64,000 nt of DNA from an uncultured Candidatus Saccharibacteria bacterium (GCA_964641545.1 CAZXLT010000002.1:4934-68933), one strand, 5' to 3'. Shown: positions 9,293 through 19,093, counted from the stretch's first letter. Numbers and translations: made by a program. The notes: a model not told the origin generated them from the sequence alone.

Positions 9293-12200
9293 GTGGGACC
9301 ATCTGGGACATTAAACCAACCAACAAGATACGACAACGATGATGACGAACAGTCAGACTCATATGTAGGAGGCACTTCAGGTGGCGATGGAGGCTTTGCG
9401 CCAAGTTCGGTTAGGCGATCCTCCAATAGACATATCAGAGCAAGGGCTCACAACCGGACGAATCAAAGAGGCCGCCTAAAAAGCAAGGCCCCGATTGAGA
9501 CAACAAGCAATATTAGGGGTGATGGCTACCAGCAAGACGACACCGATGAAGGCGTAAATGGGCTTGAGGGAGGCGTAGCACAAGACTACGCCGGCAATGA
9601 GGGTGAGCAAGAGTACGATACGCAGCAAGATAATGGGAGCTTAAGTAAGCCAGAGCTAGAGGAAGCCGAGGCAGGGGCTGGGCAAGACGATTCACGGGAG
9701 TCAGAAGGGGGTGGTGAGGCTGCTTCAATTGGCAAGCTTTCAGGTAGGACAAGCGACACAGAGGACGAGATACCATATCGAGACGAAGGGGGTGGTAGGT
9801 TTTCAAAACTACGAAAGCGTCTTGGCAACGAAGGAGCTTTGGGTTTTGTAAAAAAGCACAAAACAGGTTCAAGCGCCGGAGGGGTAGTTGCTTTGTTGTT
9901 GCTGCTATTTTTTATGAACTCTCTGAGCTCATTTAAGGTCATTCATTTTGGCGAAATTTTGGCGGTAACAGGCTATTCGCGCGTTAACGGCATTTTTCAG
10001 GAACGCACAACACAAAACATTTTCGATGCCTCAATCGTGGAAGGCGAGGGTAGCGTAAACTTACGAGGCAAAACTCTTGTTGACAGGATTAAAATGCGTA
10101 ACCTTGATGCACAGATCACAGAACTTGGTCGCTCTGAAGCACTTCGTTTTGAATATAACGAAGGCAAGATGGTTGGAGTACGGGTCAAAGGACAATCCGT
10201 AAGTCTCGACAGCATTACGCAAGAGCTTGGTTACGGAGAAAAGTTTACGGACGTTAGCAGCGGGTTTTCAAAACTTAGACCAAAGAATATCCGCGCGGTC
10301 ATGGACGTACGAGCAGAGTTTACAAGACGAGTACAGACCACTGTTGGGGATGCTCTTGCCCTTGAGCCGCGCGCAGTTAGGGGGCGCGTTATGGCAACAA
10401 TTTCAGACAACATTGGCTTTAAGTTCAGTCGTTGGCGACAAGCAGGACGTGAGTTTGCAGGCAAAACACCAAAGGAAGCGGCCATAAAAGATGCAGTGGA
10501 TCAGGTCGAGAAGAATTCCAAAGTAACCGATATAGACAATGTATCGGGAGAAACAAGGGAATTGGTCAAAGAAGCGAAAGCCAAGGCACGATTTCAAAAA
10601 CATCTAGAAAAAACCGGAGGAGTTTTTGATGATGTCGCTTTTTCTGAAAGTTATGCAGCAGACCTTGGGAAAGCTGCGAAGGTGCAAGAGGTTGCCACTA
10701 ATGTTGGCACCTTCGTGCTGGTTGCTAGTATCGCCTGTATGGTTAACGACGCAGCTCGCAATGTTGGTGAGGTGCAAAAGAATAACGAAATCAGTGCCGA
10801 AAAAGAAGCTGCAGATGCATTGGCGGCAAAAGACCAGAATAAGGCAGGCAAAGTTCGCCAGGAAGCCCTGGCTGGGCTAGGTCGACGCTATAACGGCGCA
10901 GAAAACTCAGCATCGTACCAACGCCTTACAGGCCAACCCGTTACCGGGGAGACAGTGGTGCCCAACTTGCGCCCCAACATGAGTCCGACCTTGATTGACT
11001 TAGCGCAAACATTCACCAGTCCTTCGCGTCTTGGGCTGGGACCCCTTGGTCTGGGGCTAGATGCGATTGGCGGCGATGATGCGCTCGACAAAATAGATGC
11101 AACCTTCTGCGGAGCTTTGCTAAGCCCGACAGGTGCGGTCGTAGCCGTAACCGGAGAGGTTATTGTGCAAGCAGTCATCGGCTTCTTTACGGCTGGAGGC
11201 GGTACTTTTGCGAGCGAAGGAGCTGCAAAATTAACCGCTCAAACATTTTTGAAAGAACTTGGTAAGGCGGTTTTCAAGACGGGAGAGGGTCTAGTAAGCA
11301 AGAAGTCACTTGGAACCTTAGCTGGTCTTGGCCTTTTCTCGCTTGGCCTCAATTACGTTGTAGGCATGCTTTCAGGGACTGCATTTTCGCCAGCACAATC
11401 TGGTCCTCGCTTGTTTGAAAATCAGCAGATAGGCACCAACCTATTGCAGTCTAGGCGGGAGCGAGCACAAAATTTTGGACGACCCGTTAAAACTGCGGAC
11501 GCTATTAAGGCTGATCAGCATTATAGTCAGCTTTCAACGCAATATCGTCAAAACCACAGTTTTTTTGCTCGTTACTTTTCGCCCAGTAATCCATTTTCAG
11601 TAGCTAGCCTTGCTGCAGCGCGCATACCTTCTTCGGGCGGACAAATTATAGAAGAAGCGCCCGGTAGACTGAGCAATGTGGCATCGGTATTGAACCCCTT
11701 TTCTAGCAGCTCAATAGTACGTTCACTCTTTGCGGGTTCGGGGGTTGTTTACGCGGCAGATAATGTCGATAAGTACAGCGACATTCAGCAGTGGTCATAT
11801 TCGAGCGATGAACTGGAAAAAATGCGCAACGACCCTAGCTACGGGATCGTTGAAAACTCAACCTATATTACCGATGAGTTCTTAGAGCAAAAGGACAGCG
11901 AGATCGGTAAGTGCTACGACCCCGCCATAACACAAGCTGAAGCTGAAGAGTTGCCAGAATGCAGCGCTGAAAACCTTGCACAAGACGACAACTTCCGTTA
12001 TCGACTATTCCACCTAGACCAGCAGACTGTTGAGGACTCAGAGCAAAGTCTTAAAGCAACAGCCGAAACAACCCCATCGGGTCCTGTCGCAGCTGCAAAT
12101 AACAAGCTCTTTGTGGTTGGTGACTCGCTAACCGTTGGCATGAAGAGCTCTGGCCAGCTGAGTGAAAAACTACAGTTTATCGGCTGGTCTCCTACGAAGA

Positions 12201-13183
12201 TCGAAGCAACTAGTGGCGATAAAGTTGAAGATGCGCTGCCAAAGCTTGATGCAGACGTAGACGCAATCAAGCAAGCAGGCACAGCAGTTGTCATGCTCGG
12301 GACCAACAATGTTGCCCCAGATTTCAAAGTAAGTGTAAAAAGCATGGTAGATAAATTACGGTCTATCAATCCATCTATAAAAATATACTGGATGAATGCG
12401 CTGACTGATAGATTCGACTACGAAATGGTTAACTCGTCAATCCAAGCACAAGCAAGCCCGCTAAATTACACTGTTATTGACTGGGCAGCAGAGTACCGCG
12501 CGAACAAAGCCAAATACCCAATGGCAGACGGAGTTCATCATACTGCAGCAGGTTACCTGGCAAAGTCAGACTTCTTACTTAGCAAGCTTGGTCCCGCACC
12601 GACCGCCGTAAACCTACCGGGCATCGATGGCCAGTCTCAGTGTGCTGCAGGCAGTGAAAGTGTTGGACAGCACCAAGCGTATTTTAACGGAACAGCGAAG
12701 CAAATAACCTTATGTGCAATAAATGACCTCCCGATTCAACAACTTGACGGAGATAGCGCAGAAAGCATCCCCGGCTCCTCCTATTATATACAGGGCGCGA
12801 ACAAGCGTGCGTTGGTAAGCTCCACCATTTCAGACAAAATAGTTGCCATGGTCCAAAAGGCTAAAGCTGACGGCACACCCCTTACAGCAATAAGCAGTTT
12901 CCGAACCAACCAACACCAAACTGCAGCTTGTGGTAGGGTGTCTCAAAATAGGTGCTCAAATGGGGGCTATGCTTTACCGGGATTTTCTGCTCATCAATCT
13001 GGCGAAGCTATCGACTTTCTTGACTCTAACCGAAATAGCACAGCAAACTGCAGAAACAGTATGCAAGGATCTCGTTGTGTAGGCACAGATGCAGTATGGA
13101 AATGGCTTAATGCCAATGCAGTGAATTTTGGATTAAAGCAGCTACCGAGCGAATCTTGGCACTGGTCAACATCAGGAACATAA
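9293..13183 (+). CDS. large membrane-anchored cell-wall hydrolase: SGNH/GDSL esterase domain plus C-terminal VanY/M15 D-Ala-D-Ala carboxypeptidase-like domain
   Basis: 1296 aa with a GTG start. It has an acidic/Gly-rich N-terminal region and TM segments (VVALLLLLFFM; LGTLAGLGLFSLGLNYVVGML). SGNH blocks are LFVVGDSLTVGM, VVMLGTNN and DGVHHT. LAS/VanY motifs are SSFRTNQHQ, GFSAHQSGEAIDF and ESWHW. Confidence 0.7.
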   Translation: MGPSGTLNQPTRYDNDDDEQSDSYVGGTSGGDGGFAPSSVRRSSNRHIRARAHNRTNQRGRLKSKAPIETTSNIRGDGYQQDDTDEGVNGLEGGVAQDYAGNEGEQEYDTQQDNGSLSKPELEEAEAGAGQDDSRESEGGGEAASIGKLSGRTSDTEDEIPYRDEGGGRFSKLRKRLGNEGALGFVKKHKTGSSAGGVVALLLLLFFMNSLSSFKVIHFGEILAVTGYSRVNGIFQERTTQNIFDASIVEGEGSVNLRGKTLVDRIKMRNLDAQITELGRSEALRFEYNEGKMVGVRVKGQSVSLDSITQELGYGEKFTDVSSGFSKLRPKNIRAVMDVRAEFTRRVQTTVGDALALEPRAVRGRVMATISDNIGFKFSRWRQAGREFAGKTPKEAAIKDAVDQVEKNSKVTDIDNVSGETRELVKEAKAKARFQKHLEKTGGVFDDVAFSESYAADLGKAAKVQEVATNVGTFVLVASIACMVNDAARNVGEVQKNNEISAEKEAADALAAKDQNKAGKVRQEALAGLGRRYNGAENSASYQRLTGQPVTGETVVPNLRPNMSPTLIDLAQTFTSPSRLGLGPLGLGLDAIGGDDALDKIDATFCGALLSPTGAVVAVTGEVIVQAVIGFFTAGGGTFASEGAAKLTAQTFLKELGKAVFKTGEGLVSKKSLGTLAGLGLFSLGLNYVVGMLSGTAFSPAQSGPRLFENQQIGTNLLQSRRERAQNFGRPVKTADAIKADQHYSQLSTQYRQNHSFFARYFSPSNPFSVASLAAARIPSSGGQIIEEAPGRLSNVASVLNPFSSSSIVRSLFAGSGVVYAADNVDKYSDIQQWSYSSDELEKMRNDPSYGIVENSTYITDEFLEQKDSEIGKCYDPAITQAEAEELPECSAENLAQDDNFRYRLFHLDQQTVEDSEQSLKATAETTPSGPVAAANNKLFVVGDSLTVGMKSSGQLSEKLQFIGWSPTKIEATSGDKVEDALPKLDADVDAIKQAGTAVVMLGTNNVAPDFKVSVKSMVDKLRSINPSIKIYWMNALTDRFDYEMVNSSIQAQASPLNYTVIDWAAEYRANKAKYPMADGVHHTAAGYLAKSDFLLSKLGPAPTAVNLPGIDGQSQCAAGSESVGQHQAYFNGTAKQITLCAINDLPIQQLDGDSAESIPGSSYYIQGANKRALVSSTISDKIVAMVQKAKADGTPLTAISSFRTNQHQTAACGRVSQNRCSNGGYALPGFSAHQSGEAIDFLDSNRNSTANCRNSMQGSRCVGTDAVWKWLNANAVNFGLKQLPSESWHWSTSGT

Positions 13184-13188
13184 CAATA

Positions 13189-15330
13189 ATGAAAAAAATA
13201 CTTACATTATTCAGAAACAAAAGACCGGTGCGTATTAAACGGGCACCAGACATGCTTCGCGCTGGTTTAACGCTTTTTGTGATCAGTGCTGTTTTAGTTG
13301 GCACTAATGCACCGCTTGCCTCTGCTTTTACTTCGTGCGAGATTGAGGAAATATTGAACGGGACCATTTATTATAATGGGTGCAAGGCAGACTGCCCTGA
13401 GCCTGACATAACAAGCACATCCACAAGCCCTTCTATCGGGGCAGCCGATGATTACCCGCTAAAACTCCCTGCCATTTCGGACGCAAACAAACTGGCAACA
13501 ACAATAGACGAATACATACAGAAGTATAAACCCGACGCACCATTGAACGGCATGGGCAAGTACTTTGTGCAAGGCGGTATGCGCTCTGGTATAAACCCGT
13601 TGCTAGTTGTGGCACATGCGCAGGTAGAGTCGCAGTTCGGAACCGCCAGCACCAGCTTTAACGCGCAAGGAGCGCATAACGCCTTTGGTCGCACGGCAAC
13701 CGATCGCCAACCAGGAGTAGAAACAAATCGCCGATGGTACAAATGGGAAAGCTGGCAAGCAAGTTTATACTCTACTGCCTTTCCGGCGAGCGGGAAAACC
13801 GATCAACCTGACGATCATTTTCAATATATTAGCCGCGTCTATGGTAACAACCTCGCTAATGGAGTTGTTAAATATTTGAGCGGAGACCAGACGAAAGGCC
13901 TCCCTGGCTACGCGCCAGAATCAGACGGTAACAACGTAACCGAGTACGCAAAAAATATTGTAAGTATTGGCACAGAAATTGCAGGAGCCTCTGGTGGGGC
14001 GATTGATCTAGGGCATTTTGGCTCCGTCTCTACGGATTCCTCTACCGCACCAGCCGACCCTAACGCTGCCGCAACTGATGCTGGCCGAACTATCGTTGCT
14101 CTCGACCCTGGACATGGATCGGTTGTAACACAATATACCGATCCTGTTACCGGACTCGGCGACCGCGAAACCGACAACAGCCCAGAGCGAGAAGACGTAC
14201 AGGAGGTAGCGAATCAAGCAAAGGCGACCCTTGAACAAGCAGGCTATAAGGTTGTGATGCTTAAAACTAGCGCAACAGATGCCGTCAGCAAACGAGAGAG
14301 AGTAGACGCAGCTGTAGCAGCAAATGCAACCATAGCGGTGAGTATCCATACTGACTCCGGTTCTGGAACATTCGAGGGGTGGGCAGAAGTTTGGCCACAA
14401 TTCGTCGGAGGTTTTAGGGAGGCGTCAAACGACCCTAGTAAAAAGGTTGTTTTTGACAACCAAGAAGTTGCTGATAAAAGCAATGCTTATGCTGATATTT
14501 TTGCAAAAGAGCGAGACCTAGCCGAACGCAAGGGTTCGGGTGTGACGAAAAAGGTGGTGAGCCAAGACGTGCCATTCGAGAAGCCGCGAGGCCTCCCGTC
14601 ATGGGGGAATCTATCGCTTGTTCAGCTCTGGGCGGAGGATATTCCTTGGGTGTATAACGAAGTAGGAGCTCCCGCAGGAGGTCTTACGACAGACCAGAAG
14701 CATGCCTATGCACAGGGCATTGCTAATGGCGTCATGAAATCACTCCCTGCCTCTTCGACCGCCCCCTCAACAGATACAAGCGGCTGTTCTGGTGGGAGCT
14801 TGAATTATGCCCCCTTGGGCAATGGCGACGCAGCCGCATTAGCATTGTCTTATGCATGGCCAAATTATCGTGGCTCTAAAACAGCACAAGCCCGCGCCAT
14901 GAAGCCCGAGTATGAAGCAGCGGTAAACCGCGCTAAGAACTCCGGCTACTACATAGGAGGCATTAGCTATCCTGGGGTTGACTGTGGTGGTTTTGTAAGC
15001 CGCGTAATGCTAGATAGTGGGTATGAACCGGGCTACAACAATACAGGCTTAGTGAAAGCTGGGGCCGGCTTTACAGGGGTACAATTAGCATGGGTACGGC
15101 AACACTGGCAAAGCATCGGCAAGAGCGTGTCTACTTCGCAGCTTCAGCCAGGCGATGTCGCTTTTAAGGTCACTTCGAGTGGGGGAAATGGTGGGCACAC
15201 TTTTATGTATGTTGGGCAACAGACTGGGTTTGAATCTGTTATTGCATCTGCCTCACTTGACGGTAGGGCGCCCATGGCCGGAAAAGAGAACCCTACAGCA
15301 TCAAATATAGAATGGTTTAGAAAAAAGTAG
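13189..15330 (+). CDS. secreted three-domain peptidoglycan hydrolase (glucosaminidase/lysozyme-like + Amidase_3 + NlpC/P60-like)
   Basis: ATG 13189 (MKKILTLF...) is preferred over the track start 13156. There is a signal anchor. The glucosaminidase-like motif is LVVAHAQVESQFGTAS...AHNAFG. The Amidase_3 pattern is IVALDPGHGS...IAVSIHTDS. The NlpC/P60-like Cys/His motifs are GVDCGGFVSRVM and GHTFMYVG. Confidence 0.75.
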   Translation: MKKILTLFRNKRPVRIKRAPDMLRAGLTLFVISAVLVGTNAPLASAFTSCEIEEILNGTIYYNGCKADCPEPDITSTSTSPSIGAADDYPLKLPAISDANKLATTIDEYIQKYKPDAPLNGMGKYFVQGGMRSGINPLLVVAHAQVESQFGTASTSFNAQGAHNAFGRTATDRQPGVETNRRWYKWESWQASLYSTAFPASGKTDQPDDHFQYISRVYGNNLANGVVKYLSGDQTKGLPGYAPESDGNNVTEYAKNIVSIGTEIAGASGGAIDLGHFGSVSTDSSTAPADPNAAATDAGRTIVALDPGHGSVVTQYTDPVTGLGDRETDNSPEREDVQEVANQAKATLEQAGYKVVMLKTSATDAVSKRERVDAAVAANATIAVSIHTDSGSGTFEGWAEVWPQFVGGFREASNDPSKKVVFDNQEVADKSNAYADIFAKERDLAERKGSGVTKKVVSQDVPFEKPRGLPSWGNLSLVQLWAEDIPWVYNEVGAPAGGLTTDQKHAYAQGIANGVMKSLPASSTAPSTDTSGCSGGSLNYAPLGNGDAAALALSYAWPNYRGSKTAQARAMKPEYEAAVNRAKNSGYYIGGISYPGVDCGGFVSRVMLDSGYEPGYNNTGLVKAGAGFTGVQLAWVRQHWQSIGKSVSTSQLQPGDVAFKVTSSGGNGGHTFMYVGQQTGFESVIASASLDGRAPMAGKENPTASNIEWFRKK

Positions 15331-15334
15331 CAGT

Positions 15335-15976
15335 ATGAGGTATCTTGATACTATGGCACCAGAAGCAAGACGTTCAATACTGGTAGTTGCAGGTTTTATT
15401 GTTGTTCTGGTGTTTTTGTTCGGCTACTCACAGTTTTTTGCAAAAAAAGGAACCCCAGTTCGCTTAGACGTTGTCCCGAGCGATGCAGTTGTCACCCTAG
15501 ACGGGAAACGGCTTTCTACGGGTACTGTACGACTTTCACCCGGTGAGCATACGTTTACAGCTAAGAAGAGTGGTTTTGAAAAAGCCGAAGACAAGGTATC
15601 TATTAAAGAAGGTTCTGAAAATAAATCCGTTCAACTTCTCCTAACTCCTGTCTCTCCAAATGCGATAGCATGGGCCGAAAAAAACCAAAAACTCTATCAG
15701 AGAGCTGAACAAAAAGCCGTGGAAGATGTAGTCAAAGAAGGAGAAGAATTCCAAAAAAAATTCCCTTTGAGCAAGCTTTTACCATTTAATAATCTATTAT
15801 TTAGCATCGATTACAAAACTGATGAGAGTTCAACTAAATTTACTGTTCAGATTGAGGCAAAAACACCTACCGACCGTGCTTATGCCTTGGGGCAAATTAG
15901 AAACTGGGGCTACGACCCGGCAGACTACCTTATTGAATTTGTCGACTTCGCCAACCCATTAAGGACGGGGGACTAG
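15335..15976 (+). CDS. PEGA domain-containing membrane-anchored protein
   Basis: N-terminal TM helix (ILVVAGFIVVLVFLFGY). The PEGA-like segment is VRLDVVPSDAVVTLDGKRLSTGTVRLSPGEHTFTAKKSGF. Confidence 0.55.
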   Translation: MRYLDTMAPEARRSILVVAGFIVVLVFLFGYSQFFAKKGTPVRLDVVPSDAVVTLDGKRLSTGTVRLSPGEHTFTAKKSGFEKAEDKVSIKEGSENKSVQLLLTPVSPNAIAWAEKNQKLYQRAEQKAVEDVVKEGEEFQKKFPLSKLLPFNNLLFSIDYKTDESSTKFTVQIEAKTPTDRAYALGQIRNWGYDPADYLIEFVDFANPLRTGD

Positions 15977-16635
15977 TGAATAGCACGCGTCGCTCTGTTA
16001 TTGTCATTTTAGCTATAGCCTCAGTAGTTATATTGGGTGGTTTACTGTATTTAAATTCATTTCAAAAGCTCACAATTATATATGGCGACCAAATAAATGG
16101 GGTAAAAACAACCATTTATAGACACGAGCATGACGATGACGCACTCCCAACAGATGGAGATATCGTTAAAGAAATCGCAAATACAACAACTTTCAAGTTA
16201 AAGCGGGGGAGCTATCTAATTGTGAGCTCTAATACTGATGACTATGCTGAAAAAGACCAGGTTGTTGTGTTGAGCGATGAACCGATATCGATAGATGTTA
16301 ACCCTGAGTACTCCGAAAAGAAAAAGAAGCAAGTGTTGAATGCAGAATCCAAGAGTCTGCGACAACAATTGGCTCAACAATACCCGGACACAGAACGTTT
16401 TTACACCGTCGGTAATGAAGTGTTAGTTAACAGGGGTACGTGGTACGGTGCAACCCTTTTGCCGAACAGCTTAGTCCCGGAAGAAAACAAAGATGTTCTT
16501 CGCATTGTCGCACAAAAAAAGAACAGTAAATGGGAGTATGTAATGTCTTTCCCGGAGATATTGGTTAGCAAGGCGCAGTACCCAACTATACCTGCCGGGG
16601 TTATAAAAGAAGTAAATAGATTGCCCACTAACTAG
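15976..16635 (+). CDS. hypothetical membrane-anchored protein
   Basis: 219-aa ORF with a GTG start that overlaps the previous stop (TAGTG). N-terminal TM helix VIVILAIASVVILGGLLYL. No family recognised. Confidence 0.45.
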   Translation: MNSTRRSVIVILAIASVVILGGLLYLNSFQKLTIIYGDQINGVKTTIYRHEHDDDALPTDGDIVKEIANTTTFKLKRGSYLIVSSNTDDYAEKDQVVVLSDEPISIDVNPEYSEKKKKQVLNAESKSLRQQLAQQYPDTERFYTVGNEVLVNRGTWYGATLLPNSLVPEENKDVLRIVAQKKNSKWEYVMSFPEILVSKAQYPTIPAGVIKEVNRLPTN

Positions 16636-16643
16636 CTGATTAA

Positions 16644-17705
16644 TTATTTCTCTGTTGGGATAATGGTGCACTCGCCTATGAAGTGGTGTACAACAACATC
16701 AGCATCAGTCGTAGTAATGAACGTTTGGTAACCTTTTAGGTGGCGAGTTAACGCTTTACGGCGAGCCCCGTCCAGCTCACTAAACACGTCATCTAACAGC
16801 AGCACTGGCTTCTTGTGGTCCCGCTCCTCAACGGCGCCAATTTCCAGCAATTTCAACACCAACAGTATCGTACGTGACTCTCCCCTCGAAGCAGTTGTTT
16901 TTGAATCGTGTGCATTGAGTAGGGCAACGAAGTCCTCTCTGTGTGGACCGTGCCCCGTGAAGCCACGCTCTATGTCTTTATATTTAGTCCTTTCGAGTAC
17001 GTGTAATAATTTTGATGTGTAGTTTTCTAATGTGACGTCTGGCACATATTCTAACTGTAGGGCATTATCTGTTGACGATATCTTCTTATAAAGTTCCGGT
17101 GCCCGTTTATTAAACACACTCACTAAATCTGCGCGAGCATTTGCGATCACTCCACCCAGTTCGCTTATCCTCACATTCCACGCGAACAACTCTGCGTCAG
17201 GTGGGTTTGGTGTATTTTTAAGTAGTTTATTGCGCTGGGCTAGTGTCCGTATGTAATCACGTCTAACTTTTCCATAACCGGGTTTTATCCGCTCGAGAAC
17301 ATCATCCAAATATTCTCGTCTTTTGTCTGGGCCTGCCTGGAATAACTGAAGATGTTGCGGCTCAAACACAACCACCGACTTCTTTTTGGGCGGAGAAAGA
17401 CGCAGGTATTTTTGTGTATTAATAACAAATTGTTTTGTTATTTTTTCTTCTGCTTCCTTTTTTACAACCACACTTCTGCGCTCGTCATCAACGAGTCCTT
17501 CGAGCCTTGCCCAATCGGCTGCGTACGTTATGAGCGCGTTGTCTTTTGCGCGAAAAGAAGAACCCGTACACAGAACCATGAGCGACTCTAGTAGGTTGGT
17601 TTTTCCGCTCGCATTTGGTCCCACAACTATTGTTACCCCTGGGGAAAACTCGAAAGATGCATCACGGTAGGTTCTAAAATTTTTAAGCCGCACACTAACT
17701 ATCAT
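16644..17705 (-). CDS. recF: DNA replication and repair protein RecF
   Basis: N-terminus LKNFRTYRDASFEFSPGVTIVVGPNASGKTNLLESL (Walker A) and C-terminal LLLDDVFSELD signature. It sits in the dnaA-dnaN-recF arrangement. Confidence 0.9.
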   Translation of the reverse strand: MIVSVRLKNFRTYRDASFEFSPGVTIVVGPNASGKTNLLESLMVLCTGSSFRAKDNALITYAADWARLEGLVDDERRSVVVKKEAEEKITKQFVINTQKYLRLSPPKKKSVVVFEPQHLQLFQAGPDKRREYLDDVLERIKPGYGKVRRDYIRTLAQRNKLLKNTPNPPDAELFAWNVRISELGGVIANARADLVSVFNKRAPELYKKISSTDNALQLEYVPDVTLENYTSKLLHVLERTKYKDIERGFTGHGPHREDFVALLNAHDSKTTASRGESRTILLVLKLLEIGAVEERDHKKPVLLLDDVFSELDGARRKALTRHLKGYQTFITTTDADVVVHHFIGECTIIPTEK

Positions 17706-17736
17706 GCTTAGATCCTATCATTTAGTGGCGTTATGT

Positions 17737-18828
17737 TCAGCTTTTAAGAGGCATTACGATGTGAATGTAGTCGGTCGACCCAACTTCACGCAAAACACAT
17801 GGTTCAAGCTTGCCATTAAAACAAAGTTCAACAATATCAGCAGACATAACACTTAGTGCCTCTAGAAGATACTTTGAATTTAATGTTATGTCTCCGTCTC
17901 CTTTTATCTGAGCTTCTGCGCTGGCTGTATTCTCACCAAGTTGTGATGCGATTGCATTGATACTTACTTGTTTTCCTTTTGCGTCTAGGTGTATTGTTAC
18001 ACTTCCTGCACTCTCTCTCGCAAACAGACTCGAAACCTTAGTGATGTTAACGAGTTCGCTCTTTTTTAAGGTTGCTATGTTTGAAAAATTCTTAGGAATA
18101 AGTTTTTTATAGTCTGGGTAGTTTCCTTCGATAAGCCGCGCGACAAGTTCTGCATCACCAACCCTAAATAAAACCTGCTGTTCATCGCTTGTAATTTCGA
18201 CGTCGCCATCTTGCTCACCGATTAAACGAAGTAGGTCTCCTAATGCATTAGCGGGGATAAGTAAACGTATTTCTTGGGTGTTTGATCCAAGTTCTTTTTC
18301 GGCTAGTCGATAGCTGTCTGTAGCAACCATGTATAGCTTTTTATCGCTCGTGTGTAAAAACACACCAGTTAGAACTGGTCGCGCTTCGTCGGTGCTTGCG
18401 GACAACAAGGTCTGTTGCAACCCTTTTCTAAAAACTTGCGCTGGTATCTTCCATGTTTCGCCATTTTCGATAGACGGCATAACAGGAAACTCGTCAGCGG
18501 AAACGCCGTTAATAACAGAGTTGTATTTGTCTGTTGTTATATGGAGCTTTTGATCATCTAGATTTAACTCGATAACACCCGACGGCAGGCTTGAGATAAA
18601 ATCTTGCATCAGTCGTGCCGGAACAGTAATACTGCCTTTTGTGGATATCTTCGAGCCAATGAAGTGGGTTATTGCGATATCTAGGTTAGTAGCTGAGATC
18701 GATAGTCGATTATCAACGGTCTTGAGCATTATGTTGGCTAGAATTGGCAGGGTATTTCTTGTATTTGCAACTCGTGAAACACTGCTGACTGCTTTGTTTA
18801 AATTCTCTTGAGTTACTTGTAGTTTCAT
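17737..18828 (-). CDS. dnaN: DNA polymerase III beta sliding clamp
   Basis: 363 aa. MKLQVTQENLNKAVSSVSRVANTRNTLPILANIMLK and three-domain length match DnaN. It lies immediately downstream of dnaA. Confidence 0.92.
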   Translation of the reverse strand: MKLQVTQENLNKAVSSVSRVANTRNTLPILANIMLKTVDNRLSISATNLDIAITHFIGSKISTKGSITVPARLMQDFISSLPSGVIELNLDDQKLHITTDKYNSVINGVSADEFPVMPSIENGETWKIPAQVFRKGLQQTLLSASTDEARPVLTGVFLHTSDKKLYMVATDSYRLAEKELGSNTQEIRLLIPANALGDLLRLIGEQDGDVEITSDEQQVLFRVGDAELVARLIEGNYPDYKKLIPKNFSNIATLKKSELVNITKVSSLFARESAGSVTIHLDAKGKQVSINAIASQLGENTASAEAQIKGDGDITLNSKYLLEALSVMSADIVELCFNGKLEPCVLREVGSTDYIHIVMPLKS

Positions 18829-19093
18829 CCTAGTCCCTTTCTATTAATAATTAAATGTAGTAGTTGTAGTTATAGGCACTGTGGAAAGTGGGTAAAAACG
18901 GGATAGTAACAGATTAGATTTGTTAAACTTTGTTGAGGAAAAAAGTAGGTATAACGTGTTGGAAAACTGGGTACAAAAAATGCTCATAGTGGAAGAATAC
19001 TGAGGACACGGGGAGTTCTGCGGAAAACCCACAAGTTGTCCAACTGTTACCCACAAACACCCCACAAGTTTTACACAAAAATCAGAAACAAAG
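18829..19093. other. dnaA-dnaN intergenic DnaA-box cluster (putative oriC segment with an AT-rich element)
   Basis: 265-bp non-coding gap. Box-like 9-mers are TGTGGAAAG (18880-18888), TGCGGAAAA (19019-19027), TTACCCACA (19047-19055) and TTTTACACA (19069-19077), plus weaker ones. An AT-rich stretch lies at 18841-18876. Confidence 0.55.

Noticed and set aside
593-16635. Reading the T4SS-like locus as an integrative conjugative element or plasmid remnant
   Set aside because: No relaxase, coupling protein, integrase/recombinase, replication gene, flanking tRNA or direct repeats are visible in the window. Position 1-592 and beyond cannot be excluded, so this is kept only as the refutation test for the main finding.
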